DNA of 64,000 bases from Patescibacteria group bacterium (GTDB lineage: Bacteria > Patescibacteriota > Minisyncoccia > Phycocordibacterales > UBA918). Shown piece after piece: positions 49,562 through 59,706 of this stretch (positions within the stretch are counted from its first letter, which is position 1; each line of letters begins with the position of its first letter). The notes beneath the pieces were generated by a model that was given only the letters and a program-made list of their open reading frames with translations, ran no database searches and was not told the origin of the DNA. The stretch spans positions 157,844 through 221,843 of the forward strand of contig JBBTRC010000010.1 of assembly GCA_038065355.1 (NCBI GenBank), read 5' to 3'. The position numbers were made by a program, and so were the translations under genes.

Positions 49562-49932
49562 CTCGCGAGTTTTTTATTTATATACTCGGCCAGTTTCTTG
49601 ATGCTCCAGTTTGGCTTGAACAGCACGTCCTCCGGCGGCAGACTCACATTTTTTGAAATGTTCTCGATCGATTCAGAAGCGGTCAAAATGACGATGTGCG
49701 CTGTTTTGCCCCAGCTATCCCGACGAATTTGACGAAATACCTCGTACCCGTCGATATCCGGTAGTCGGATGTCGAGCAGAATCAAATCCGGGTGCGTTTT
49801 CAGCGCCTGCTTCACTCCCTCACGTCCGTTTGGTGCGATGATCGGCGTGTGGCCGTTCATCGCGAGCATGTCTTCGAGTGAGGCAGACAGTTCCGGCGAG
49901 TCTTCAATGACCATCACCACATGTTTCTTCAT
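49558..49932 (-). CDS. stand-alone response regulator receiver
   Basis: VIEDS, DLILLDIRLPDIDG, ILTA, FKP. Confidence 0.9.
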   Translation of the reverse strand: MKKHVVMVIEDSPELSASLEDMLAMNGHTPIIAPNGREGVKQALKTHPDLILLDIRLPDIDGYEVFRQIRRDSWGKTAHIVILTASESIENISKNVSLPPEDVLFKPNWSIKKLAEYINKKLAS

Positions 49933-50072
49933 ATATTTGTATGATAACGCACGACGACTCAAATTTCGAGTCGTCAAGGTGCAAAGTGAAAAATATGCAA
50001 TAAGGGGATGCGCGTCATAAAGTTGGTCGGAATGGCATGTAAGAGTTTCAAGCAGTTCCCGTCTATACCCGT

Positions 50073-50690
50073 ATGAGTAACACGAAGCGTGTTTTGTTGA
50101 TACTCACAGTCATCGCGGTGGCTGTGGGTACCTTTTTAATTATCAGATCGTGGTTCTTTAGTCAGTCCAAAGTGGTTGGAGTAACGGAATCCATTTCACA
50201 CCCGGAACTCTATCTTTCCTTCACCTATCCAAGCGGAGAAGAAGCCTACAGTCTCATTGAACGACCAGGCACTTCCGAATCGCTCACGCATGCCTTCATC
50301 ATTATGAAAACCGATGAGTACATAGCACTACAAGCAAACCAAAACGAAGGAGATGCTCCGCCGGCGATCAGTATTTTTGTTTTTCCTGAAGCTGAACCAG
50401 AAGACGTCCCAAGCACCACCGAGCGGGCCGGGCGCATTACTCGTCTCCAAAATTGGGCCACTGACAACAAAAACCTTACCTCAATTCACCTTGCCAAAAA
50501 TACTCCAGAGGTGGTCGAGCTCGATGGCGTCAAAAGTCTCTACTACCAAGCCGACGGTAACTTTGCGCAAGAGGTCTACCTGGTAAGCTACCACAACAAC
50601 ATCTACATGTTTGTCGGACAGTCACAAAAACCAACCGACCAAATTACCACTGTCTTTAAAGACCTCATCGCTTCAGTCTCGTTTGACTAG
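50073..50690 (+). CDS. hypothetical membrane-anchored exported protein
   Basis: N-terminal TM, PsbP-like LSFTYP start. Confidence 0.7.
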   Translation: MSNTKRVLLILTVIAVAVGTFLIIRSWFFSQSKVVGVTESISHPELYLSFTYPSGEEAYSLIERPGTSESLTHAFIIMKTDEYIALQANQNEGDAPPAISIFVFPEAEPEDVPSTTERAGRITRLQNWATDNKNLTSIHLAKNTPEVVELDGVKSLYYQADGNFAQEVYLVSYHNNIYMFVGQSQKPTDQITTVFKDLIASVSFD

Positions 50691-50809
50691 TGCTTGAGAA
50701 ACCTGCACTCGGCACGGCTTTCACCCGGCGCGGCTTTGTGCACACAGATCACTACGCTTACGAGCCAAACATGACATCATTATGGGTATAGTCAGTAACC
50801 ACAAGAGTC

Positions 50810-52528
50810 ATGTCATTCATATTGATTGTCGTTCTGTTCATCTATGCTGCCAGTCTTGGTGGTCGGATCAGCAAACTTGAGAAACTGCTTGAAAAAAATC
50901 CGAACCAATCTCCCGCCACTTCATCCGTAGCGTCCATGTCTATTTCCGAGCAAGTCTCAGCTACTGTGCCAACCATGCCTGACTCACCGTCAGCCGCAAA
51001 AGAAGATAAGCTGTGGAAATTCATCAGCGAGGATTTTTTAGTAAAGTTGGGAGCACTCTTGCTCGTACTAGCCTTTGGCTGGGTTGTGAGCTACGCTTTC
51101 GCGCACAACTGGATAGGGCCGGTCGGTCGTATCGTGCTCGGAATTGCGGCTGGTATGGCAACGATGACCTTTGCCACAGTGTGGCTTCGCACACATTTTC
51201 ACCAGGGAGGAATCTTCATGGTACTGGGACTCTCTATTTTTAACCTTACGCTGTTTGCGGCGCGGTTTTTATATGGATTTCTGTCTCCAGAAATTGCATT
51301 AGGGCTTATGTATCTTGCAGCTGTCTACGTTACCTTGCTAGCGGTATTTTATCGTAGTCAGCGTCTCGTGCTAGCGAGCTTGTTTTTTGCCGGTGTCGCA
51401 CCCCTTTTGACAGCTGGTGAGCCGGACTTCTTGGGACTCTTTTCGTACCTGATCGTACTAGTTTTGAGCTTCTTGTGGGTCGTATACGTGCGGGGGTGGC
51501 ACGCTATTGCCTTTGCGTCGCTAGTGGTTGTGGCTCTCTATAGCGTGCCCTACGTGCTTGCTCCAGCAAGTCTACCAAGCCCGTTTACAGGTTTACTTTT
51601 TGCTTTTCTCTTCACTGCGATTTTTACGCTCTTTAACAGCGTCAGTATTTTGCGTGCTCAATCACAGGTTCTCTATGAACACATCGTCACTGGCTTGAGT
51701 GCAGCTATGTTTGTGCTCTTATGGATTCTCCAAGTTGCGGCAACAAACCACCAAGTAGCTTATTTAGTTATTTGGTCCATCTTCTTCTTTGCCTTAGCGT
51801 TTGTATTTTTGTTTGTATTCAAGCATCGAAGCGCTTTCTATCTTCAAAGTGGTGTTGCAATCATTTTGCTGTTTGCGGCAACCGCCCTCAAATTAGATGG
51901 TCCAGTGCTCACCCTTGCCTATACAGTTGAGACCGGCATTCTCGTGCTCTTCTCGTATGCGCTCTTGCGCGATGTGGTAGTGACACGAAGGTTAAGTTGG
52001 TTATTTATTGGTCCAGTGCTCCTCTCGTTTGAAAGTATCGTATCAGCAGCGTGGCAGGACGGTTTTTTGCACGAAGACTTCTTTATTTTACTCGTTCTTA
52101 CTGTCACCCTGGGTGGAGTCGGCTTACTATTTAGACAATTACACCAAGCAACACCCGACAACAAACTTTCGGAAACCATAAAAACAATTCTATACACTGC
52201 CGGTACATATGCCCTTATGCTTCTATGGCTAACGCTCCATGCTGCGCTTGCTTCGGAAGATACTGCGACAACAATTGCGCTCATCATCTACACGATTTGT
52301 GGACTCGCCGCCTATATACATGGTCGCACCAATCACATCAAGCACTTTGAGTACGCAGGAATACTATTACTTACACTCGTCGTTGGGCGACTACTCATTA
52401 TCGACATCTGGAAAATGGAGCTCTTTGAACGCATCGTTACATTCTTCTTGATCGGAGCGTTGCTTATAAGTACGGCATTTTACGGTCGCACGCGTCAGTT
52501 ACTCGACGCTCAAAAGCCATCAGTATAA
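50810..52528 (+). CDS. DUF2339-like polytopic membrane protein
   Basis: YAFAHNWIGPVGRI, RLLIIDIW...RIVTFFLIGALL; many TM. Confidence 0.8.
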   Translation: MSFILIVVLFIYAASLGGRISKLEKLLEKNPNQSPATSSVASMSISEQVSATVPTMPDSPSAAKEDKLWKFISEDFLVKLGALLLVLAFGWVVSYAFAHNWIGPVGRIVLGIAAGMATMTFATVWLRTHFHQGGIFMVLGLSIFNLTLFAARFLYGFLSPEIALGLMYLAAVYVTLLAVFYRSQRLVLASLFFAGVAPLLTAGEPDFLGLFSYLIVLVLSFLWVVYVRGWHAIAFASLVVVALYSVPYVLAPASLPSPFTGLLFAFLFTAIFTLFNSVSILRAQSQVLYEHIVTGLSAAMFVLLWILQVAATNHQVAYLVIWSIFFFALAFVFLFVFKHRSAFYLQSGVAIILLFAATALKLDGPVLTLAYTVETGILVLFSYALLRDVVVTRRLSWLFIGPVLLSFESIVSAAWQDGFLHEDFFILLVLTVTLGGVGLLFRQLHQATPDNKLSETIKTILYTAGTYALMLLWLTLHAALASEDTATTIALIIYTICGLAAYIHGRTNHIKHFEYAGILLLTLVVGRLLIIDIWKMELFERIVTFFLIGALLISTAFYGRTRQLLDAQKPSV

Positions 52529-53971
52529 GTCTGTTCGTGTAATAAAAAGCGGCTCTGCACGCGCGGCTGTTTCGAGGCAGGTGGTTTTAAAATCCTGTGC
52601 CAGTGTTTCGCACATAGCGACGGTGTCGGTGTACGAGCCGATCTGGTTGAGGTACATGCCGACAGCACCATTTTGGCAGGACACGCTGTCTTGACGAAGA
52701 TTTTGTGAGCTACAGAGCGCAAATACCAACGCGGGTGTATGCATATTGCGTTTCATTGTTTCGGAACCAATGCCAGAGAGACAGCTTGATTTAAATTTTC
52801 CCGCCTGGCTACACAAAGAAAACATGTCCCCAAAAGACACTTTCGCGGTTTGCGAAAGGTAGGTCGGTACATAGGTGTAACACTCACCTTGTGCGATAGA
52901 ACGCGAGTTGCATACCGAAAACGGATTGTCTGGATCAACCGCTCCTTTTTCATTGGCTAAAATTTCCTGGTTGAACACTTCCATGTAGGCACCATTCTGG
53001 CAACTTTCCGCGCCGCTACCGACAAACCCCTCGGCGCAAAGAGCGAGGGAGGCGTCAAGGTTGCCGCCAGTAAAATACATGAAGCCGTGACCGACCCCGT
53101 GGTGGCACTGCCACAAGTCAAACAATCGACTGCCAAGCGATGCGTACGCGCGACACTCGGCCGCCAAGTCTTTTAATGGTTCATCTCCGGACGCGAAGTG
53201 GCTTTCAAAAAGTCCGTGAATGTAGCCCGAGTTGCAAAAGTCGCTTTGAAACGCAATCGCGTCGCCAAAACTGCCATATTTTGCATATGCCGCCTTACCA
53301 ATGTCGTGCAGAATGTCGTGACATAGCGCCGCCACTTGGTCGGCTGTGTCTGATTCTGCGCGTAGTGTTTCTATGGCCACTCGAGGGTTGGACTCTTGCA
53401 CCAGCGAGACATACTTATCACGAAGCTTTTCGTACGCGTCGGTCGCAACGCTACCAGTAAGCAGGTCATTTCCGCTTTCTTCGTTTTTTGCGAACCAGTC
53501 ACTAAGCGTGTCGACTGCTTTTCGCCACCAACTTTGCAGAGAATGAAAGATGTTAGCACTCGATTTTTCTTCACCACTCACGGTCACTGTGCCGACAAAC
53601 TGCGGCCAAAAGTGATCGTGAAAAGGGAACACCCCGTTTTTTGTAAACGTAAAAGACCAAGTCGAGCCGGGCGTGATACCGTCGCACGCGTCAAAAGTGG
53701 GAGCATGGTCAGAATCGCAATGTTCCTCAAGGCCGGTGCCGTCGTAGAGAGTGTGGCTGGGGTGATGGTCAGTGGCTGGCCAGAATTCACTTTTCCCGAC
53801 GTTTTCAAATTGCACGGTGGTGCCGGGCGGAACGGTTATCTCACTTTGACGATACCCAGATTCGTCAATATGGATAATAATCGTCGATGAGTTCGTACTC
53901 TCATGGGCGAGGGCGAGATTGGTCACCGACAGGCCGACTAGCAAAAGGAGAAACGTAGTGAAGTTGGCCAT
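52520..53971 (-). CDS. exported cupredoxin-domain protein with Cys/His-rich helical repeats
   Basis: Signal peptide, WPATDHHPSHTLY, PGSTWSFTF..G..PFHDH; repeats CHDILHDIG, CNSGYIHG, CHHGVGHG, CQNGAYME. Confidence 0.75.
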   Translation of the reverse strand: MANFTTFLLLLVGLSVTNLALAHESTNSSTIIIHIDESGYRQSEITVPPGTTVQFENVGKSEFWPATDHHPSHTLYDGTGLEEHCDSDHAPTFDACDGITPGSTWSFTFTKNGVFPFHDHFWPQFVGTVTVSGEEKSSANIFHSLQSWWRKAVDTLSDWFAKNEESGNDLLTGSVATDAYEKLRDKYVSLVQESNPRVAIETLRAESDTADQVAALCHDILHDIGKAAYAKYGSFGDAIAFQSDFCNSGYIHGLFESHFASGDEPLKDLAAECRAYASLGSRLFDLWQCHHGVGHGFMYFTGGNLDASLALCAEGFVGSGAESCQNGAYMEVFNQEILANEKGAVDPDNPFSVCNSRSIAQGECYTYVPTYLSQTAKVSFGDMFSLCSQAGKFKSSCLSGIGSETMKRNMHTPALVFALCSSQNLRQDSVSCQNGAVGMYLNQIGSYTDTVAMCETLAQDFKTTCLETAARAEPLFITRTDLY

Positions 53972-54038
53972 GGTCGTCACTATTGTACCAAAACATCTTT
54001 CATTGTTGTCTCATCAGAAAAGAGTATGATAAGACTGT

Positions 54039-54491
54039 ATGTGGCCAAAGAAGGACAAGCCAAAAATCCTCATCGTTGAAGACAACGAAAGTAACCATCC
54101 GCTCTTTAGAGAATCCTTCGAGCAGGCTGGTTTTGACGTCATCATTTCGCAAAATGCCGACGGAGAATTTGCCGAAGACGTAGCCGCGCTCAAGCCCGAC
54201 ATTATTTCGATGGACATCATGATTGGAAAATTAGGTGTTGCCATACAACGGGATGGTCTACAGACCATTCAGCTATTGAAAAGTCGCAAAGAGACAAAAC
54301 ACATTCCGATTATCGTGATGAGCAGTTTGTATGAAGAAGGGAAGGTGCGGCAGGCGAAGGCACTCGGTGCCGCCGACTTTGTCAATCTACAAGGACACGC
54401 GATTACCAGAGTACCCGACATATTCAAAAAGTACTTAACACATCCCGACCAGTACCACCCCACCCATCCGATTTTTAGGGAAATGAAATAA
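54039..54491 (+). CDS. stand-alone response regulator receiver
   Basis: ILIVEDN, PDIISMDIM, IPIIVMS. Confidence 0.85.
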   Translation: MWPKKDKPKILIVEDNESNHPLFRESFEQAGFDVIISQNADGEFAEDVAALKPDIISMDIMIGKLGVAIQRDGLQTIQLLKSRKETKHIPIIVMSSLYEEGKVRQAKALGAADFVNLQGHAITRVPDIFKKYLTHPDQYHPTHPIFREMK

Positions 54492-54730
54492 AAACGAACA
54501 CCCTATCATGTTTGGTATTGGGGGAATTTCTCTTGTTCGCTCACTCCTTTGATTTACTTCATGTTTCTCTCACGAATGAGGGTTATATTGGAGATGGGTC
54601 TTTGGCAAGGTCGTCGTATTCAGTCGTGCCGTCGAATCGGTTTCGATGGCTGCTGTACAGTTATACCACTCGACATTTACCACTGCGTTGCAATAATTAG
54701 ATAGAACTTATACGTTAATGCAAAAGCATT

Positions 54731-55168
54731 ATGAAATTGTTTTATTTTTCACCGGCGTACGAAAACTGGGCGCCAACTGTCGTGCGCATATTTTTTGGAT
54801 TCCTCTTTTTGATGAGTGCGTACTATAAAATTCCCGGCACCGCGACTTTTTCGGCGCAAGTCGAAATGTCTGGCGCTGTTGGCATCCCGCTCCCATTCAT
54901 TGCAGTCATTCTTGCCTTCATTCTTGAAATAGTAGCCGGCGTTGCCCTTATTATTGGCTGGCACACTCGCACAGCGGCCATCGTGCTCGCCGCCTTTGTG
55001 GTCCTTATTATCCTTTTCTTCTACCGAGACTGGACCGATCAGGCAAATTTCGCATCTTTCATGAGCGGCCTCGCTGAAGCGGCCGGACTTATCTACATTT
55101 CAGTCTATGGAGCGCAACACGCCGCTGTCGCCAAAGACCAACCCCCGCACCACTTGCAGCGGGTTTAG
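54731..55168 (+). CDS. DoxX family membrane protein
   Basis: RIFFGFLF, LEIVAGVALIIGWHTR. Confidence 0.85.
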   Translation: MKLFYFSPAYENWAPTVVRIFFGFLFLMSAYYKIPGTATFSAQVEMSGAVGIPLPFIAVILAFILEIVAGVALIIGWHTRTAAIVLAAFVVLIILFFYRDWTDQANFASFMSGLAEAAGLIYISVYGAQHAAVAKDQPPHHLQRV

Positions 55169-55268
55169 CTCTTGCCCCCACCCGCCCCATACAAAAACTC
55201 CCGCAAGGGAGTTTTTTGTGTGTCGAGATTTTAGCTCGAAGTTAAAATTCACCTGATCAATATCTAAT

Positions 55269-56354
55269 TTAGTGCAGAATCGTCAAAAGCGGATCAAAAC
55301 GGAATAGTTTGTTTCTGCTCCTGTTTCCAATTTCGAATACATAACCTTTTTTTTCCAGGCTTCGAATCAGGTTTGTTGCGGTTAGGTAGCTCGCACATTT
55401 CGTGTGTTCCTGGACCATTTTGATAGTGAAGATGGGAGAGATGAATAGCATATCAATGAACGGAATAATATAGGGTGACTTTACACCATTGTAGGCTCGC
55501 CGAATGTCGTAGTATAGCTCGTAAATAGCTTCGATAATTTTTTGAGTCTCGTTAAGTTGCCCAGATACAGATTGTAGAAAGAATTTAAGCCACTCCTCAA
55601 TGTCGTTTCCTTCGTCGATCGCATGTAACTTATCAATGTACTCATCTCGATGGTCCTCAAAGTATCCACTTAAATAAAGTATAGGAGAAGACAGGCGTTG
55701 TTGTTTGTGTAACACGAGAGGAATAAGCAGTCGACCTATACGACCGTTACCATCGTCAAAGGGGTGTACAGCCTCAAACTGGTAATGAGTTATACCCGCT
55801 TTGAGGAGGGCGTTTTCTTTCCCGTTATTTATGTAATCGAAAAGATTATTTATCAAACCGCGCACGTGTATGGGTTCAGGTGGGATGTAAATCGCTTTTT
55901 CAATAGAGTCTCCAGCTCTTTCTGCAATCCATACTTGCCCCTCCCTAAATTTACCCAAGAGTCCTTTATGACGTACATCCTCAAGCAGAACGCTGTGTAG
56001 GCTCTCTATTAGGTGACTAGTAACATCTCTACTTTTTCCAATTTCTCTCATCGCGAGACTCATGGCACGACGATAATTCACTACCTCACGAATGTCCGCG
56101 TGCTTAGTTTGTTCACCAGCGTCAAACATGAAAACATCTGCAACGTCACTTTGTGTGCCTTCAATCTTTGAACTCATGACAGCTTCTTTTGCTGTAAGGG
56201 GAGATATCAAAAGGTCCGGATTCTGTAACTTCTTCTGAGATCCCTCAAGCAGTCCAAGAGCGTACTCAGCAGTTGAAAGTTCGTTAGCAAACTTGTTGTA
56301 GTCAAGAGTAAGACCTTCGGTGTCAAGAGGCTTTATTTGGGCCGGTTTTTTCAT
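55269..56354 (-). CDS. Fic family protein (Fic_N + Fic + C-terminal HTH)
   Basis: EAVMSSKIEGT, HPFDDGNGRIGR. Confidence 0.93.
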   Translation of the reverse strand: MKKPAQIKPLDTEGLTLDYNKFANELSTAEYALGLLEGSQKKLQNPDLLISPLTAKEAVMSSKIEGTQSDVADVFMFDAGEQTKHADIREVVNYRRAMSLAMREIGKSRDVTSHLIESLHSVLLEDVRHKGLLGKFREGQVWIAERAGDSIEKAIYIPPEPIHVRGLINNLFDYINNGKENALLKAGITHYQFEAVHPFDDGNGRIGRLLIPLVLHKQQRLSSPILYLSGYFEDHRDEYIDKLHAIDEGNDIEEWLKFFLQSVSGQLNETQKIIEAIYELYYDIRRAYNGVKSPYIIPFIDMLFISPIFTIKMVQEHTKCASYLTATNLIRSLEKKGYVFEIGNRSRNKLFRFDPLLTILH

Positions 56355-56371
56355 AAGAATAAGTGTATTCC

Positions 56372-56405
56372 TTGTATATAAGAATGTCAAGTTTCTTATA
56401 TACAA
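56372..56405. promoter_or_regulatory. operator palindrome enclosing the -35 of the fic promoter
   Basis: ttgtatataagaa-tgtcaagt-ttcttatatacaa; the spacer holds minus-strand TTGACA. Confidence 0.7.
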
Positions 56406-56437
56406 CTCAGTTTTAGTTATAACAGCTTATAGGTGAG

Positions 56438-56896
56438 CTAAAGCGTCTTCCATCCTAGCTCATATTTTCCCGCAGGGTTCATTTCTAATTCATCAAATAA
56501 GTAAAATTTCTGGACAACTATTTTGTACCAACGATGGCCGTCTTCCTCTGACTGTTCTTCCAGAATTGAAGCATCACTATTAAATCTTTGATTGTAAGTT
56601 TGAAACGCTACTTGATCTTTTGTCACGTTATGTAACATTTCAATTAAGCCTTCAAAATAGACGCCCCGTACTGATTCGTCTTTCTTGTGTTGTCTGACTA
56701 TATTTCCCGCAATTTGGTTGTTTTGGCTTACTTCAACACTGTGACGGCGATTGGGTCGTGACACAAAGTAGAAGTTTAATTCGTCATCGTAAGAATAGTG
56801 AACTTCCGAAATCCAGGGTTTATTTTCATGGGATGTCGCAATAGACATGTGAACTATGTCTTCTAAATAGTTACGAATTATTGCCTCAACTTTCAT
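56438..56896 (-). CDS. pyridoxamine 5'-phosphate oxidase-like FMN-binding protein
   Basis: MSIAT...PW..VHY, FYFVSRPNRRHS, RGVYFEG. Confidence 0.85.
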   Translation of the reverse strand: MKVEAIIRNYLEDIVHMSIATSHENKPWISEVHYSYDDELNFYFVSRPNRRHSVEVSQNNQIAGNIVRQHKKDESVRGVYFEGLIEMLHNVTKDQVAFQTYNQRFNSDASILEEQSEEDGHRWYKIVVQKFYLFDELEMNPAGKYELGWKTL

Positions 56897-56989
56897 TGAT
56901 AGAGTATAGCAAAATAAAAGTCAGTTTCGAACATTCTTCAGGCTCTCAAAAATACGCAAAAGGAGCGTCGTAGAATAAAACTTGTTAGT

Positions 56990-57072
56990 AGGGAGCAGTT
57001 TTCTTCGAGTCAAAATCGATTTGATTCAAATTGAGCGCGCGTCATTTTTTGAAGCCTGTCGATTTGTAGTAG
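56990..57072. repeat. cassette-boundary repeat copy 1
   Basis: agggagcagttttcttc..tttgattcaaattga..attttttgaag..gatttgtagtag. Confidence 0.9.
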
Positions 57073-57097
57073 TCGGAATAAGTTATAATTGTGTCTT

Positions 57098-57973
57098 ATG
57101 GAAATGTGGTTTTGGCTTGCTCTGGCTTCTGCAGTGACTGGAGGAATAGGAGCATTTACACATAAAGTTGCAGCTGTTTGGAATGTAGATATTACTGTTC
57201 TAAATACCTACTCTTCTGTTATATCAGCCACTATTCTTTTTTGTTGCACTTGGTATTTCGCGGGATTCGATTCGTTTTGGACTCTCTCGACAGTTATCGC
57301 ATTTGTCGGTGCCACAACCTACCTATTTACTCTTATATTAAAGGTTGAGTCACTTCGAGAGATAGACTCGGCTATTTTTTTTCCATTGTATAAAGTGTCG
57401 GGTCCACTATTTGCGATTATTCTGGGAATTATCTTCTTTTCAGAATCCTTTTCTCGCACCGAATGGCTAGGACTTACCTTTAGTTTACTGGTTCCGTTGT
57501 TGTTGATTACCAGATCTGAAAACACACGTCAGAAAAATCTGTACCGGGGTATCTATATACTACTGGTCGCTTCGGTTGTTGGTTCAATTTCCATTGCCTT
57601 GTTTAAATATGGGACCGATATTACTCAGAATGTCTGGCTCTATCTCCTAGTAAGTGATTTATTCTTAGCCTTTTCATCCGTCCTTGTTTTGCTCAGAAAA
57701 TATAAGTCGGGCACGGTTTTGCATATGAAATCTGAAACGACACCTCGGTCATTAAAACTAGTCGGTGTGATGGGGCTGGCTCAGGCGAGTGGCGCAGCGA
57801 CAATAATTTTTGCTTTTTCAGTTGGTGGAACACTGGGGATTGTGTACACCATCAATTCGCTTTACATCCTTATTCCGATTGTCCTCTCAATCATTTTTTA
57901 CAACGAACATTGGAACCTAAGAAAAGCTGTAGCTATACTACTTTCGGTTATGGCATTAGCGTTGCTACAGTAA
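57098..57973 (+). CDS. EamA/DMT family transporter
   Basis: 10 TM in two repeats, GIIFFSE and SIIFYNE motifs. Confidence 0.88.
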   Translation: MEMWFWLALASAVTGGIGAFTHKVAAVWNVDITVLNTYSSVISATILFCCTWYFAGFDSFWTLSTVIAFVGATTYLFTLILKVESLREIDSAIFFPLYKVSGPLFAIILGIIFFSESFSRTEWLGLTFSLLVPLLLITRSENTRQKNLYRGIYILLVASVVGSISIALFKYGTDITQNVWLYLLVSDLFLAFSSVLVLLRKYKSGTVLHMKSETTPRSLKLVGVMGLAQASGAATIIFAFSVGGTLGIVYTINSLYILIPIVLSIIFYNEHWNLRKAVAILLSVMALALLQ

Positions 57974-57982
57974 TTTTGCTCC

Positions 57983-58064
57983 GTGGAGCAGTTTTCTTCA
58001 AGTAAAAATTTCTTTAATTGAAATGGAATGTCCGAATTTTTTGAAAATTGCTGACTTGTAGTAA
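57983..58064. repeat. cassette-boundary repeat copy 2
   Basis: gtggagcagttttcttc..tttaattgaaatgga..attttttgaaa..gacttgtagtaa. Confidence 0.9.
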
Positions 58065-58127
58065 GTCTATCTTTTAACAAAGTTCATTTTGATGCCAAGC
58101 TTATTTCATTGGTGTATGATTGAAATA

Positions 58128-59273
58128 ATGAAAAACAAAATATTTATTGGTGGGGCACTGAGTGTCATGGTTATTGTCGCATTTGTTTTAGTTTCCAAAT
58201 CAAATCCTCATAGTGCAGGGTCACCTATCACCTACACGGAAGATGGCGACATCAGCGTGGTATCGAGCGACGGTCAAGCTACGCTCATTTTGCCACCAAC
58301 AGCGCTGCCAGAAGGAGTGCAACCAACAGATCTCGCGATCATACCTGTGAGTGCTAGTGAAGTATTTGGAACCGACGGCGATGCAGCCGAAGGCCTTGCC
58401 TACAAGCTGCTGCCCGATGGAGCAACGTTCAGCGAGCCGGTGGTGGTGAGCATCACGAGCGGTATCACTGGCGACGTGTTGCCGACGGTGTTGCACACGA
58501 GCGGCGAGTCGGTATCGTTCCTTACCCCGCAACTTGTGATCATTGATCCTGCCCAAAACACCCAAACGCTCGCGTTCGAGGTGTCGCACTTCAGCAAGGT
58601 CGGCGTAGACGCTAACCGCGGCCTCTTCCACTACCGTTTTACCGGCGGAGGGAGTGCTAAGGTAGGTGAAACTCTCCCGTACAAGATTGAGGTGTGGCCG
58701 GATTCCTACAACCACTTCTACGACACCAAAGGTGGTTACAAATGGACCAGAGACACCTACTCAGGAGAGGGGTTTTACTACCGCTTCGCTCCTGGCGGCT
58801 GGTACGATATCAAAGATTGGAGCTTGAACGATTGGCGCGGCATCCTCACGCCTCAAAAGGTAGATGTTACAGGCCGCCGGAATCTTAAGGAGAACGACGT
58901 CTATACGTACGAGATGACCTTAACCTGCGCTGCGCCGGGTACTACCAACCCAGTCACCTCGAACATTGGCGTGGCGTACCGCTCCGCTCGAAGTAGCTCA
59001 GGTAGGGATTGGGAGTACCAGACCGACTGGACGTATCTATTCGTGTACCCATCTGACTTCACCTGTACCAGCGAGGGTGATGAACTGCCAGTCATCGAGT
59101 ACCTGAGCGGGGCCGAGTCCGCCTCGACTCGAAGCATGATTGGCTTGACGAAATACGGTGACGTCACACTGCCAAACTGGCGGTTCTTTGAAGATGGGTA
59201 CGAAGATACTGGGGAGGGAATGACCGTGATTGATCCACCGCCGCTGATCATAAACACGCCGACTGTGCGCTAA
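58128..59273 (+). CDS. membrane-anchored exported protein with ZU5-like domain
   Basis: N-terminal TM; ATLILPPTALP...LLPDGATFSEPV...VSHFS pattern. Confidence 0.7.
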   Translation: MKNKIFIGGALSVMVIVAFVLVSKSNPHSAGSPITYTEDGDISVVSSDGQATLILPPTALPEGVQPTDLAIIPVSASEVFGTDGDAAEGLAYKLLPDGATFSEPVVVSITSGITGDVLPTVLHTSGESVSFLTPQLVIIDPAQNTQTLAFEVSHFSKVGVDANRGLFHYRFTGGGSAKVGETLPYKIEVWPDSYNHFYDTKGGYKWTRDTYSGEGFYYRFAPGGWYDIKDWSLNDWRGILTPQKVDVTGRRNLKENDVYTYEMTLTCAAPGTTNPVTSNIGVAYRSARSSSGRDWEYQTDWTYLFVYPSDFTCTSEGDELPVIEYLSGAESASTRSMIGLTKYGDVTLPNWRFFEDGYEDTGEGMTVIDPPPLIINTPTVR

Positions 59274-59342
59274 GGTCGCGCCGGCGGCTCGTCGTCAGGA
59301 ACAAAAATCGCTCACGCAGTGAGCGAGGCGATTTTTGTACTC

Positions 59343-59424
59343 GTGGAGCAGTTTACTAGCGACAAAAACTAATTTGGTTGAAATGGAATACCAAAATTTC
59401 TTGAAGCTGATGAATCGGTAGTGG
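59343..59424. repeat. cassette-boundary repeat copy 3
   Basis: gtggagcagtttactag..tttggttgaaatgga..atttcttgaag..aatcggtagtgg. Confidence 0.88.
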
Positions 59425-59440
59425 TGGGTGCTTTACACAA

Positions 59441-59459
59441 GTATATACTTTGTATATAC
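59441..59459. promoter_or_regulatory. mazEF operator palindrome over -10
   Basis: gtatatac-ttt-gtatatac just upstream of mazE. Confidence 0.7.
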
Positions 59460-59466
59460 TATACGC

Positions 59467-59706
59467 ATGAAAACTAAAATTCAAAAGTGGGGCAATAGTC
59501 TTGGGGTGAGACTGCCAAAAAGTATTGCTGAGCAGAAGTCTTTGAAAGCAGGCTTGGGTGTGTCAGTAGTACTTAGAAATAATCAAATTGTGATTGAGCC
59601 AGCAGAGGAAGAATTGTCACTTAACTCGCTCTTGTCTGCGGTTACGGCAGATAATATTCACAAAGAGACAGAGTGGTCAGACGCACGCGGAAACGAGGTA
59701 TGGTAA
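59467..59706 (+). CDS. mazE: AbrB/MazE antitoxin
   Basis: KIQKWGNSLGVRLPK, C-terminal G.EVW. Confidence 0.92.
   Translation: MKTKIQKWGNSLGVRLPKSIAEQKSLKAGLGVSVVLRNNQIVIEPAEEELSLNSLLSAVTADNIHKETEWSDARGNEVW

Noticed and set aside
57898-58080. Repeats as fragments of a protein-coding gene (60-aa ORF over copy 2)
   Set aside because: Copies differ by 1-nt indels and contain stops; no frame is conserved across the five.
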